Assembly: GCA_051306295.1 (NCBI GenBank)
Contig: JBPPMZ010000086.1
Coordinates: 13,015-77,014, forward strand
DNA: 64,000 nt
Direction: 5' to 3'
Origin: Candidatus Limnocylindrales bacterium
Lineage (GTDB): Bacteria; Chloroflexota; Limnocylindria; Limnocylindrales; CSP1-4
This document shows, piece after piece, positions 10,242-22,239 of this stretch. Within the stretch, counting starts at the first letter, position 1; each line of letters opens with the position of its first letter. A program made the translations under genes and the position numbers. The notes beneath the pieces are model-generated. The model was not told the origin of the DNA. It worked only from the letters and a program-made list of their open reading frames with translations, and did not search any database.

Positions 10242-11108
10242 GTGCCGATCGCCGTCATCACCCTCACCTTCGACCCCGTGGTCCGCCTGACCGACGATCT
10301 CGTCGTGCGCTGGAGCACGATCGCCCTCGCCGCGGTATTCGCCGTCGTCCTGATCGCCACCGGTGTCGCCGCGCGACGCGCCCGGCTCCGCGCTGACGAC
10401 CTCCTGTCCATCGCTGTCGGAGCGGTCCCAGGAGCGATCGTCGCGGGTCGGCTCGGCTACATGGCGATCCACCCGGAAACGTTCGCCGCAGGCCCGGGCT
10501 CGATCCTGGACCCGGCCATCGGTGGCCTGGAACTCGGGGCCGCGGTCGTCGGTGGCGTCCTGACGGCGACGTACGTGGCGATCCTGCTCGCGGCGCCGGT
10601 CGGGCGCTGGGCCCACCTGGCTGCCGTCCCAGTCCTCGTAGCCATCGGGGGTGGCAAGCTGGCGATGCTCCTGGGTGGCGGTGGCCAGGGCCTGCCAACT
10701 GATGTGGCGTGGGCGACGGCATACGAGGGCACCGGTCCATGGGGCTCGCTCGCCCCGGAGCTCGCATCCCATCCGGCACAGGCCTACGAAGGCCTCGCCA
10801 CGCTGGTCATGGCGGCCATCCTCGCCCTCGCGCTGGGTGCCGGCGCGTTCCGCTCCCGTGATGGGCGGCTGTTGCTGATCGCCATCGCCGGATGGGCGGT
10901 CGTCCGTGCTGCCGTCAGCGTCACGTGGCGCGATCCCATCGCGGCTCCGCCGCTGCCAGCCGGTGGCTGGCTCGCCGTCGCCCTCGCGATCGGGGCCGTC
11001 AGCGTGGCGCTGCTGGCCACGGTCATGCGGCGTCGGCAACGCGGCGCGCACGCCCGGGCCACCCAGGAGCCGGCCTGGCCCGAACCGGAGTCGCGCCCGC
11101 GGTTCTGA
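10242..11108 (+). CDS. Prolipoprotein diacylglyceryl transferase-like membrane protein (divergent)
   Basis: FDPV..VRW, GAIVAGRLGY, GLPTDVAWA and HPAQAYE motifs; multiple TM segments. Confidence 0.75.
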   Translation: MPIAVITLTFDPVVRLTDDLVVRWSTIALAAVFAVVLIATGVAARRARLRADDLLSIAVGAVPGAIVAGRLGYMAIHPETFAAGPGSILDPAIGGLELGAAVVGGVLTATYVAILLAAPVGRWAHLAAVPVLVAIGGGKLAMLLGGGGQGLPTDVAWATAYEGTGPWGSLAPELASHPAQAYEGLATLVMAAILALALGAGAFRSRDGRLLLIAIAGWAVVRAAVSVTWRDPIAAPPLPAGGWLAVALAIGAVSVALLATVMRRRQRGAHARATQEPAWPEPESRPRF

Positions 11109-11187
11109 CGGCCGGTCCGCGCGCCGGCTCGGGGCCGATGGTGCGGTATCGTGGATGCCCCCATCGCACACGAGGACCCTACCGGCC

Positions 11188-12723
<1,536 letters not shown>

Positions 12724-12742
12724 TCGACCCCGGCGATCGACC

Positions 12743-13885
12743 ATGAGCCTCCAGACCCCGACCTGGCGCGCCCGACCGACCCTGGCCGGGCGTGACTACG
12801 CCACCGAAGCGGTCTACGCCGACGAGCGCGAGCGGATCTGGTTCGGCGGCTGGATCTGCATCGGCCGGGCGGAGGAGATCCCGACGCCCGGCGACTTCCT
12901 CGTCCGGGACCTGGCGGGCGAGTCGATCATCGTCACGCGCAACCGTGACGGCGCGATCCGCGGCTTCTACAACGTCTGCGCCCATCGCGGGACCAAGCTC
13001 CTGGACGATACCGATACGGGCGCCTGCGGCCACGTCGGCAAGGTCATCAAGTGCCCGTACCACGCCTGGTCCTACGACCTGGACGGCCGCCTGGTGGGCA
13101 CGCCCAACGTGGACGAGGACGAGGGCTTCGAGCGCGGCGACTACCCGCTCCATGCCATCGGCGCGGAGGCATACGGTGGGTTCCTGTTCGTGAACCTCGC
13201 CGATCCCGACGATCGATCGCCGCTGTTCGACAGCCTGGCTGCCGGGACGGAGAGCATCACCAACTTCGAGCGCTACCGGATGGACGAACTCCGGGTCGGC
13301 GTGCGCATCGTCTACGAGGTGGCGGCCAACTGGAAGATCGTCGTCGAGAACTTCAACGAGTGCCTGCACTGCCCGACCATCCACCCGGAACTCGTCCAGG
13401 TCGTGCCCCTCTATCGGTTCGGTGAGGTCTGGGACGAAGAGACCCGCGACGACGGCAACTGGATGATCGAGGGCGCGACGAGCTTCACGAAGACCGGCCA
13501 GTCCAGCCTGCCCAAGTTCCCGGACCTCCTGCCCGATGACTACCGCATGTACTACGGGACCTACCAGTTCCCCAACCTCATGCTCAACCTGCACCCCGAC
13601 GCCGGGATGGCCTACATCGCGCTGCCCAAGGGTCCGGCCCACACCACGGTCGTGTCCGAATACCTGTTCCGGCCGGAGACGATCGCGGCGGCGGACTTCG
13701 CGCCGGACCCCGTCGTCGAGCTCTGGGATCTCATCAGCAAGCAGGACTGGTCGGTCTGCGAGCGGGCCCAGACCGGAGTCTCGTCGCGGGCCTATCGGAC
13801 CGGCGTGTACCCGCGCAAGGACCGGTTCCTGTACGACTTCAACGAGCGCTACCGTGCGGAGATGGGCCGACCGACCCTGGGCTGA
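12743..13885 (+). CDS. Rieske non-heme iron oxygenase alpha subunit (GbcA/choline monooxygenase-like)
   Basis: CAHRG...CPYHAW Rieske motif; NWK..ENFNECLHC..IHP; QDWSVCE. Confidence 0.9.
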   Translation: MSLQTPTWRARPTLAGRDYATEAVYADERERIWFGGWICIGRAEEIPTPGDFLVRDLAGESIIVTRNRDGAIRGFYNVCAHRGTKLLDDTDTGACGHVGKVIKCPYHAWSYDLDGRLVGTPNVDEDEGFERGDYPLHAIGAEAYGGFLFVNLADPDDRSPLFDSLAAGTESITNFERYRMDELRVGVRIVYEVAANWKIVVENFNECLHCPTIHPELVQVVPLYRFGEVWDEETRDDGNWMIEGATSFTKTGQSSLPKFPDLLPDDYRMYYGTYQFPNLMLNLHPDAGMAYIALPKGPAHTTVVSEYLFRPETIAAADFAPDPVVELWDLISKQDWSVCERAQTGVSSRAYRTGVYPRKDRFLYDFNERYRAEMGRPTLG

Positions 13886-13998
13886 CGACGGCCCCGCGCC
13901 GATGTCCTGATACGCGGCTGGAACGTCGTCGATCGTCGCTGCGATGCCGGCGCGGACCGTCAGGGCGCACGATCGCCTCCCACCCAGGAGGCGAGACC

Positions 13999-14469
13999 AT
14001 GACCGACTACGAGCGCACGACCGTGCGCGAGACCACGACCAGCGACCCGGCCGTGCCGATCCAGCATGCGACGCCCGTCGCGGCACCCGTGGCGGCTGCG
14101 CCGGTCCAGGAAACCGCGGTGCGAACGACGGAGCGCGCCTACGTGCCCGCCGGCCCGAGCGGCGTGACCACTGCCGCCAGGGTCGTCACGTTCCTGTTCG
14201 GCATCCTGCAGGCGGCCCTCGTGCTGCGCATCATCCTGCTGCTGCTGGTGGCCAACCAGGGCAACGACGTGGTCGGTCTCATCCTCGGCATCACCGACCC
14301 GTTCGTCGAACCGTTCCGGGGCATGTTCGCCTTCGATCGAGTGACGGCCGACAGCGGGTCGCGCTTCGATATCGCCGCCCTCGTGGCCCTTGTCGGTTGG
14401 ACCCTGGTCGAGATGCTCATCCTGGCCGCGCTGCGGATCTTCGCTCGACGGCCGGCCGACGCCGTCTGA
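13999..14469 (+). CDS. YggT-family membrane protein
   Basis: LRIILLLLVAN, ITDPFVEPFRGMF and DIAALVALVGW motifs; AGGAGG SD. Confidence 0.8.
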   Translation: MTDYERTTVRETTTSDPAVPIQHATPVAAPVAAAPVQETAVRTTERAYVPAGPSGVTTAARVVTFLFGILQAALVLRIILLLLVANQGNDVVGLILGITDPFVEPFRGMFAFDRVTADSGSRFDIAALVALVGWTLVEMLILAALRIFARRPADAV

Positions 14470-14526
14470 CTGCGGCCTCGGTCCCTGCGACGCCGCTGCG
14501 CCGCCCGCGGTATCGTGAGGGCGTGA

Positions 14527-15510
14527 GGAAGCGACCGAGCCACGCCGCCCGGATCGTCTGATGGCACCCGCGCCCGATCCATCGGGCTGGGCTCGCGCGA
14601 TGACGTTCGCGAGGACCCCCGCTATGCCGCCGTTCGCGACGACGTGCGATCGGAGTTGTGCGTGCCGCTGATCGCCGACGGCCAGCCGATCGGCGTGATC
14701 AACGTCGAGTCGGTCACCGCCGATCGCTACACCGAGATCGATGAACGGGTGCTGAGCATCGTCGCGGCCCAGGTCGCGGTCGCCATCCACAACGCTAGGC
14801 TCGATGCCCGGATGCAGACGGACCAGGCGCGCGTCCGCCACGCCGAGCGCGTCGAAGCCGCCGCCCGCCTCGCGGCCGGGGCCGCGCACGACGTTCGCGG
14901 CGTCATCACGGCCATTCGCGGGTACACGGAGCTGGCGGGTGCCACGATCCCCAGCGGCCATCGGGCCCATGACGACCTGCAAGCCATCCGGGCGACCTGT
15001 GACCGGGGCACGGCGTTGACCGACCAGCTCATGGACATCGGTCGCAGCTCATCGCTTCGGCCGGTCGCGCTGGACTTGCGGGAGACCGTGGACGCCACCC
15101 GCCCCACGGTGGGCGTCGCGGCCGGTGCGGCGCACCGCATCGAATGGGCACTCGCGCCGGGGCCGATCCCGGCGATGGTCGATCCCCGCGCCATCGAGCG
15201 CATCCTGGTCAACCTGGTGACGAACGCAAGGGATGCCTCCGCCGCCGGGTCGACGATCGGCGTGCGCCTCGATGGCGACGCGAGCCAGGCCTGGCTCGAG
15301 GTGATCGACCACGGGGCCGGCATGGACGCCGACACCCTGGAGCATGCCTTCGAGGCGTTCTTCTCGACGAAGGGGTCCGCGCGGGGCACCGGTCTGGGCC
15401 TGGCCGTGGTCGAGGGCTTGGTGGCGGCCAGTGGCGGCGAGGTCAGCGTGGACAGCGCGCCGGGACGCGGCACGACGGTCCGCATCACGCTTCCGGCGGC
15501 CGCCGCCTGA
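14527..15510 (+). pseudogene. GAF-histidine kinase, apparently 5'-truncated
   Basis: Frame is open from 14527 with a half GAF domain (DDVREDPRY..SELCVPL) but has no ATG/GTG before 14644; AHD H-box, NLVTNARD, DHGAGM and GTGLGL motifs. Confidence 0.6.
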
Positions 15511-16414
15511 GACTGGCGTCGAGCGCCCGCGCAAGCGCGGCGATATCGGCCGGTCCCGTGCCGCAGCAGCCACCGAGCCAACCTGCGCCGAGTGTCGTCC
15601 AATCGGCTTCACCCGTCGCGTCGAACCGACCACCCGGTTCGTCCCCGACCCAGCGGCGCGCCGCGGCATCCCAGCGATCGCCGCCATTCGGGTAGGCGAT
15701 GAGCGGCAGGTCCGTGGCGGCGCGCGCGGCGGCCAGTAGTGCCGGGACGTGGCGGGGTGCCGTGCAGTTGACCCCGACGGCCACGACGCCGGGCGAGCCG
15801 GCGGTCACCGCGACGGCCATCGCGATCGGCTCACCGGCAGCCGTGGAGGTGCCGTCGCGACACTGGTACGACAGCCAGCCCGTGGCCCCGAACTCGTCGA
15901 GGAGTGCGACCAGCACGTCCGCTTCGCGTAGCGTCGGGATGGTCTCCATCGCGAGCAGGTCCGCGCCGGCGTCGAGGAGCGCCTCCATGCGCGGGGCATG
16001 GACCTCGCGCAGGACCGCGGCACCCGGGTCGTAGTCACCGCGGTACTCGGAGCCGTCGGCGAGCATCGCCCCATACGGCCCGACCGACCCAGCGACGAGC
16101 AGCCCCTCGGCGCGGGCATGGCCGTCGCTCTCCGCCGCGAACCGGTCGCGCGCGTTCCGGGCCAGGGTCACACTCCGACGGATGGCGTCGAGGGCCTCCG
16201 CCTCACTCAGGCCGGCCTGCCGGAAGCCCGGCACGGTCGCCTGGTAGCTGGCCGTCGTGGCGACCTGTGCCCCGGCACGGAAGTAGGCGAGATGGACGGC
16301 TTCGATGGCGTCCGGCTCCGTCACCAGCAGCCGCGCGGACCACAGTCGGTCGGACAGGTCGTGGCCGTGGGCCTCGAGCTCCGTGGCCAGGCCGCCGTCC
16401 AGGATGACCGTCAT
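15485..16414 (-). CDS. mmuM: Homocysteine S-methyltransferase
   Basis: ILDGGLATEL, LWSARLL, GSVGPYGA..GSEY, GVNC, YPNGG and GGCCG motifs. Confidence 0.93.
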   Translation of the reverse strand: MTVILDGGLATELEAHGHDLSDRLWSARLLVTEPDAIEAVHLAYFRAGAQVATTASYQATVPGFRQAGLSEAEALDAIRRSVTLARNARDRFAAESDGHARAEGLLVAGSVGPYGAMLADGSEYRGDYDPGAAVLREVHAPRMEALLDAGADLLAMETIPTLREADVLVALLDEFGATGWLSYQCRDGTSTAAGEPIAMAVAVTAGSPGVVAVGVNCTAPRHVPALLAAARAATDLPLIAYPNGGDRWDAAARRWVGDEPGGRFDATGEADWTTLGAGWLGGCCGTGPADIAALARALDASLRRRPPEA

Positions 16415-17457
16415 GCCCCATCCCGCCGCCGGCCGATGCCCACGATCGTGATGTCGTCGGCGGGCTCCGCGCCATGGGCGAAGGCCTCGACGCTGTCGCG
16501 CACCTCGCGCACGATGTCGTGGGCGCTGCCGCCCCGAGCCCGCTCGATCGCGGCCAGCAGACCGGTCTCATCGAACCGATCACCGGCGGGGGAGCGCGCG
16601 TCCGTGACCCCGTCGGTGTAGAGCAGGACGACATCGCCCGGGGCCATGAAGGCCTCGACCTCGGGCAGGTCCAGGGTCGGGAACGCGCCGACCAGCGGCC
16701 CGGACCCAAGGATCAGGTCGGGCGGTGAACCGTCGCCCGGGATGAACAGCGGTGGCTCGTGGCCGGCGTTGGCCAGACGCAGCATGCCCGTCCGAATGTC
16801 CAGCTCAGCCGCCAGGGCCGTGATGAACAGCGATGTCCGGCGCTCGCCGATGAGGATGTGATTGACCCGCTCCAGGGCTTGCGATGGGCCGGTCGCGTGG
16901 TCGATCGCAGAGTGGATCAACGGGCGGGCGAACGCCATCAACAGCGCGGCCGCGATGCCCTTGCCGGTCACGTCGGCGATGACGATGCTCAGCGGCCGAC
17001 CGCGCCGCCGCAGTCGGAACAGGTCGAAGAAGTCGCCGCCGACCTCACGTGCCGCCTCGTAGCGGCTGGCCAGGTCGTAGCCCGGCACGTCCGGCGGCAC
17101 GAGTGAGACGAAGCTGCGCTGGAGCCGACGACCGTGGGCCAGCTCCTCATCCAGGACTCTCGTGACCGTCGGATCACCCGAAGCGGCGATGGCCAGGGCT
17201 GCGGCGATCGCCTGGACCGTGGCGTGGCCCAGGCTCGTGTCCGCGGCCGCTCCGATGAGGACGACCCGCCCAGCGAGCTCGTCGTGGACGCGGATCGGAG
17301 CAGACGCCTGTGGTTCGCTCGCCCCGGCCGGAGCCCCACCCGCCAGCCCGCGGCCCGCCTCGTCCTCGATGACGAGCCGGCCGTCCGCGCCCGCGATCTC
17401 GAACGGCCCGACGACTGCATCGAGGTCCAGCCGCTCCAGGTGCCGCCGCGGGGTCAT
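16411..17457 (-). CDS. PP2C/SpoIIE (RsbU-like) Ser/Thr phosphatase
   Basis: VGGDFFD, IADVTGKG, NAGHEPP, YTDGVTD and DDIT motifs. Confidence 0.92.
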   Translation of the reverse strand: MTPRRHLERLDLDAVVGPFEIAGADGRLVIEDEAGRGLAGGAPAGASEPQASAPIRVHDELAGRVVLIGAAADTSLGHATVQAIAAALAIAASGDPTVTRVLDEELAHGRRLQRSFVSLVPPDVPGYDLASRYEAAREVGGDFFDLFRLRRRGRPLSIVIADVTGKGIAAALLMAFARPLIHSAIDHATGPSQALERVNHILIGERRTSLFITALAAELDIRTGMLRLANAGHEPPLFIPGDGSPPDLILGSGPLVGAFPTLDLPEVEAFMAPGDVVLLYTDGVTDARSPAGDRFDETGLLAAIERARGGSAHDIVREVRDSVEAFAHGAEPADDITIVGIGRRRDGA

Positions 17458-17482
17458 GGCGCGACCGCCCGGATCTCCTTGG

Positions 17483-17902
17483 TCAGAACGCCGCGATCCC
17501 GGCGGCGCGATCGGCGTGGGCCACGAACATGCGGCTCAAACCGGTCCGGTCCAGGACGCGCTGGACGGCCGGCTGTGCGCCGCACAGTCGGACGGCGGTC
17601 TGCGTGGAGCCACCGGACGCGTCGTTGCCCACGGCATGGAGCGCGTTCCAGCCGGCGTCGGCGTCGTCGGGCGCCTGGCCGTCCAGGATCCGCACGATCG
17701 AGTGCAGGGCCACGAGCCCGGAGCTGGCCATGAATCGCAGGTCGGACAGGTCGAGCAGCAGATGACGCGTGCCCGCGGCATACAACCCCTGGACCTGCGC
17801 CACGAGCGACGCGAAGTTCGATGCGTCGAGCTCGCCGTCGAGCGCGACGACGGTGACCGGGACACGGGCGTCCACCTGCTCGATGGTCGTCTCGAGCGCC
17901 AT
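17483..17902 (-). CDS. STAS-domain anti-sigma factor antagonist (RsbV-like)
   Basis: LDGELDA, LLLDLSDLRFMASSGL and VQRVLDRTGL motifs. Confidence 0.88.
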   Translation of the reverse strand: MALETTIEQVDARVPVTVVALDGELDASNFASLVAQVQGLYAAGTRHLLLDLSDLRFMASSGLVALHSIVRILDGQAPDDADAGWNALHAVGNDASGGSTQTAVRLCGAQPAVQRVLDRTGLSRMFVAHADRAAGIAAF

Positions 17903-18801
17903 CAGCGTTCCTCCTTCGGGGGCCGGTCGAGCCGGCGTGACAGGGTCAGGACATTGCCGCCGCCCGGCCGCGGCGAGTGGCGGACCTCGTCGGTGGCCTC
18001 GCGGATGAGGTGGACCCCCATCCCGCCGGGCGTCCGGGCTTCGGGCGGGACGGAGAGGTCGGGCTCCGGGACGGTCGCCGGGTCGAACGTGGGCGCTTCG
18101 TCCTCCAGGGTGATGACGAGCCGGTCGCCGACCCGGTCGATCCCGACCTCCAGCCAGCCGGCGGCGCCGCGGTACCCATGCAGGATAGCGTTCGTGGCGG
18201 CCTCATCGACCGCCTGGACCAGGTCGTCCTGGCAGGCTTCGTCGGCGGTCGGGTCGATGGCGTCCACGGCCGTGCGGACCAGCGCGCGAACCTCGGCGAT
18301 GCGGGTCAGGTCGGCCGGGACACGCAGGCGTCGCGATGCAGCGGAGGACCAGGCCTGGAGCTCGACGATGTTGCCGTCCGGGTCGGTCATGTAGCACCAC
18401 GTGACCCGGCGTCCGTCAGCGGTCGTCGTGGTCACGATCTCGCCGATGCGCGCGCCACCAGCCGTCCCGACGGCCTCGACGGCGGCCGCGACATCGCCGA
18501 CGGCGAAAGCGAGGTGCCCGAGGCCCGGCCGGTCGACTCGCGGAGGTGCGGCGTCGGCGAGCGCCTCGTACGAGAAGATCTCCAGCGTCGGGCCGGTATC
18601 GCCGTGGCCGGGCAGGCGCAGGTGGGCACCGGTCAGGTGGGCGCCGGTCAGCCCGGTCGCGGCATCCAGGACCGGTCCCTTGATGTCACGCTCAGGTGGG
18701 ACGAGCGTGCAGCCGAAGACATCGGTGTAGAACGCGGCCAGCCGACGCCAGTCACGACTGGTCAGGTTGACGTGCCCGAACCGTGCGCCCTCGATCGGCA
18801 T
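17902..18801 (-). CDS. VOC/glyoxalase domain fused to RsbW-like anti-sigma kinase (HATPase_c)
   Basis: N-terminal HVNL, LEIF, GHLAF, DPDGNIVEL; C-terminal VDEAATNAILHGY, EDEAPTFDP, PGGMGVHLI; single open frame. Confidence 0.85.
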   Translation of the reverse strand: MPIEGARFGHVNLTSRDWRRLAAFYTDVFGCTLVPPERDIKGPVLDAATGLTGAHLTGAHLRLPGHGDTGPTLEIFSYEALADAAPPRVDRPGLGHLAFAVGDVAAAVEAVGTAGGARIGEIVTTTTADGRRVTWCYMTDPDGNIVELQAWSSAASRRLRVPADLTRIAEVRALVRTAVDAIDPTADEACQDDLVQAVDEAATNAILHGYRGAAGWLEVGIDRVGDRLVITLEDEAPTFDPATVPEPDLSVPPEARTPGGMGVHLIREATDEVRHSPRPGGGNVLTLSRRLDRPPKEER

Positions 18802-18809
18802 GACGCGGC

Positions 18810-20207
<1,398 letters not shown>

Positions 20208-20388
20208 CTATCCCTCCTGGACGACGGACGTCGGGTCGGTCAGGAGGCAGATGGTAGGCGATGCTCAGGTGGCCGGGGCGCCGGCCGGGCGAGCGCCACC
20301 GCGAACGGCACCCGGGCCTCGGTCATCCTGGCGCAGTCGGCCAGCGTGCGGGCAAGCGGCGAGACCGGTGAAGGAGGGATGCCAGCGC

Positions 20389-21498
20389 TCAGCCGTCCGG
20401 CCGATGTCCCCGGTCCCGCCGCTGGTGCGGGCGCACCCGGGTGAGCAAGGGCGACAACAGCCACGTGGATAGCAGGAGCGCGAGGGCAGCGGCCAGTCCG
20501 TCGCCGCCCGGATCGGTCGGAGTGGCGAGCGCGGTGCTCGTCGCCGGAGGCGTCAGGTTCGGCAGTCGCGATCCAACGGGGGCCTGGGCGGGGGGGCCAC
20601 CGCCACCGCCGCCACCGCCACCACCGCCACCAGCCGGGACCGGCGTCGGCGTCCGCTGGGGGGTTGCCGGGCTGGTCGGTCGAGGCGTGGGCGCGGGCGT
20701 CGGTGCGAGGGCCTGTGGCGGCAGGGTCCCCACGATCGCGCTCGGCTGGATGCTCCGGTCCTGGTTCTTGTTGCCGCTGCCGTCGAGCTGCAGGGTGCGC
20801 AGGTGCCACGGTGCCCCGGAGACCTGGGCCGCGCCATCGGGCCGGCCCCCGGCGGCGGTATCCCAGTAGTCGGACTGGGCGAGGTGGCCGCCCCAGGCCA
20901 GAAGCACGGCCGAACCGGTCGAGCGAAAGCGCACGAGGAAGTCGGTCGTGCTGTTGCCGTTGGTCGATCCTGCGTGGACGGGGGCCCCGATGCTGCTGAT
21001 CGTGCCGCCCCAGATGGTCAGGAGGCGCGGCGCCCCCGAGTACCGCTCGGCGCCACGCACTGACAGGCCGTTGGTGGCGAATCCGTCGGTGGGAAACGCC
21101 CCCGTCGATGCGTTCGGCAGTGACGGACACATCGAGGAGACTGCGCCGCCGCCGCGGGTGCAGATCTTGCCCTTGGCGTTGGTGACATCCCAGGTCGCCA
21201 GGAAGTCGTAGGCCTTGTGGCCGCCGGCCGTGAAGTCGTGATTGATGTGGATGGTGTGCTCGCCGGCCTTGAGACCCTCGATGGCCAGCCGAAAGGGGAC
21301 GATGCCACCCTCGGGATAGCGCGAGTTGTTGCCGTTGAGATTGCCGTTCTGCCAGGCCAGATCGGAGCTCGCCCACTGGTCCAGATCCACCGTCGCAGCG
21401 GCCAGCGCGGGCGCGGGCCCGGCGAGGCTCCCGATGCCCATGACCAGGACCGCGGCGGCCGTCGCGATGGACGGCAGGCGAGTGGTGCTAGCTGGCAC
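20389..21498 (-). CDS. Secreted/surface protein with Pro/Thr- and Gly-rich linker and C-terminal membrane anchor
   Basis: Signal peptide ending PAPALA; WQNGNLNGNNSRY core; TPPATST followed by hydrophobic helix and basic tail. Confidence 0.75.
   Translation of the reverse strand: MPASTTRLPSIATAAAVLVMGIGSLAGPAPALAAATVDLDQWASSDLAWQNGNLNGNNSRYPEGGIVPFRLAIEGLKAGEHTIHINHDFTAGGHKAYDFLATWDVTNAKGKICTRGGGAVSSMCPSLPNASTGAFPTDGFATNGLSVRGAERYSGAPRLLTIWGGTISSIGAPVHAGSTNGNSTTDFLVRFRSTGSAVLLAWGGHLAQSDYWDTAAGGRPDGAAQVSGAPWHLRTLQLDGSGNKNQDRSIQPSAIVGTLPPQALAPTPAPTPRPTSPATPQRTPTPVPAGGGGGGGGGGGGPPAQAPVGSRLPNLTPPATSTALATPTDPGGDGLAAALALLLSTWLLSPLLTRVRPHQRRDRGHRPDG
20590..20633. repeat. (CCG/CCA)n trinucleotide tract encoding poly-Gly
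   Basis: ccaccgccaccgccgccaccgccaccaccgccacc. Confidence 0.7.
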
Positions 21499-21902
21499 GA
21501 TCAAGTCCCCCGGCGGCGTGGACGATGGCAGCAGTGTCCATCCGGGGTGGGTCCGGTCGTCCAGTAGCGAAGGGTCCGGGGTCGCACCACGCAGACCCGT
21601 GCAGACCGCACGCCACGACCCTGTCGCCAGACGCGCCCCACAGGAACCGGTGCTGGGCGACACCGTGTCAGCGACGTCCGACGCTCCGCGGCGCCATCCG
21701 GGCGCCGGTGGTTCACGGTGCGCCCAGCGAAGCAGGCGACGATCGGACGCGACCTCGGCCACCGATCCGTGCGCTCAGCGGCTCGCTTGACGGCTGGGGC
21801 GTCGCTCAGCCGTCGATCCGTGCGCCTACCGAACGGATCGGCCGAATCTCCGGTCGCCTGCTGCGCTGAGCGGAGGGCGGCGCTGGGGCGCTCCCCAGGG
21901 TC

Positions 21903-22091
21903 TCATCCCAGGCTGACACCGCCGAACAGGGGAGCGAGGCGGGACATCCACGCGGCGGCCGTCAGGCCACAGGCCACGATCGCGACCGCGAAGGCCACGG
22001 AGCCCGTGATCCGTTGCCGTGTCCTCAGCCGCCGAGCCCCTTGGCCGTCTTCCCAGAATGGGTCTCGTCCCGAGCGCCAGCGCATCAGCAT
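21903..22091 (-). CDS. Small single-pass membrane protein (62 aa)
   Basis: GGAGG SD; basic N-terminus followed by a hydrophobic helix. Confidence 0.6.
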   Translation of the reverse strand: MLMRWRSGRDPFWEDGQGARRLRTRQRITGSVAFAVAIVACGLTAAAWMSRLAPLFGGVSLG

Positions 22092-22239
22092 CTCGCCTCC
22101 ACAAGGGCGCGTCGCCGGATCCCTGTCCGATCGTGACCGCAGGCCCTTCGTTCCTGGTCATCGTCGTCCACGAGACGCCCCACGACCAGCCTGACATCCG
22201 GCCCATGACCGTGGCCCGGCGGTCGTGGCCGCGACTGCG

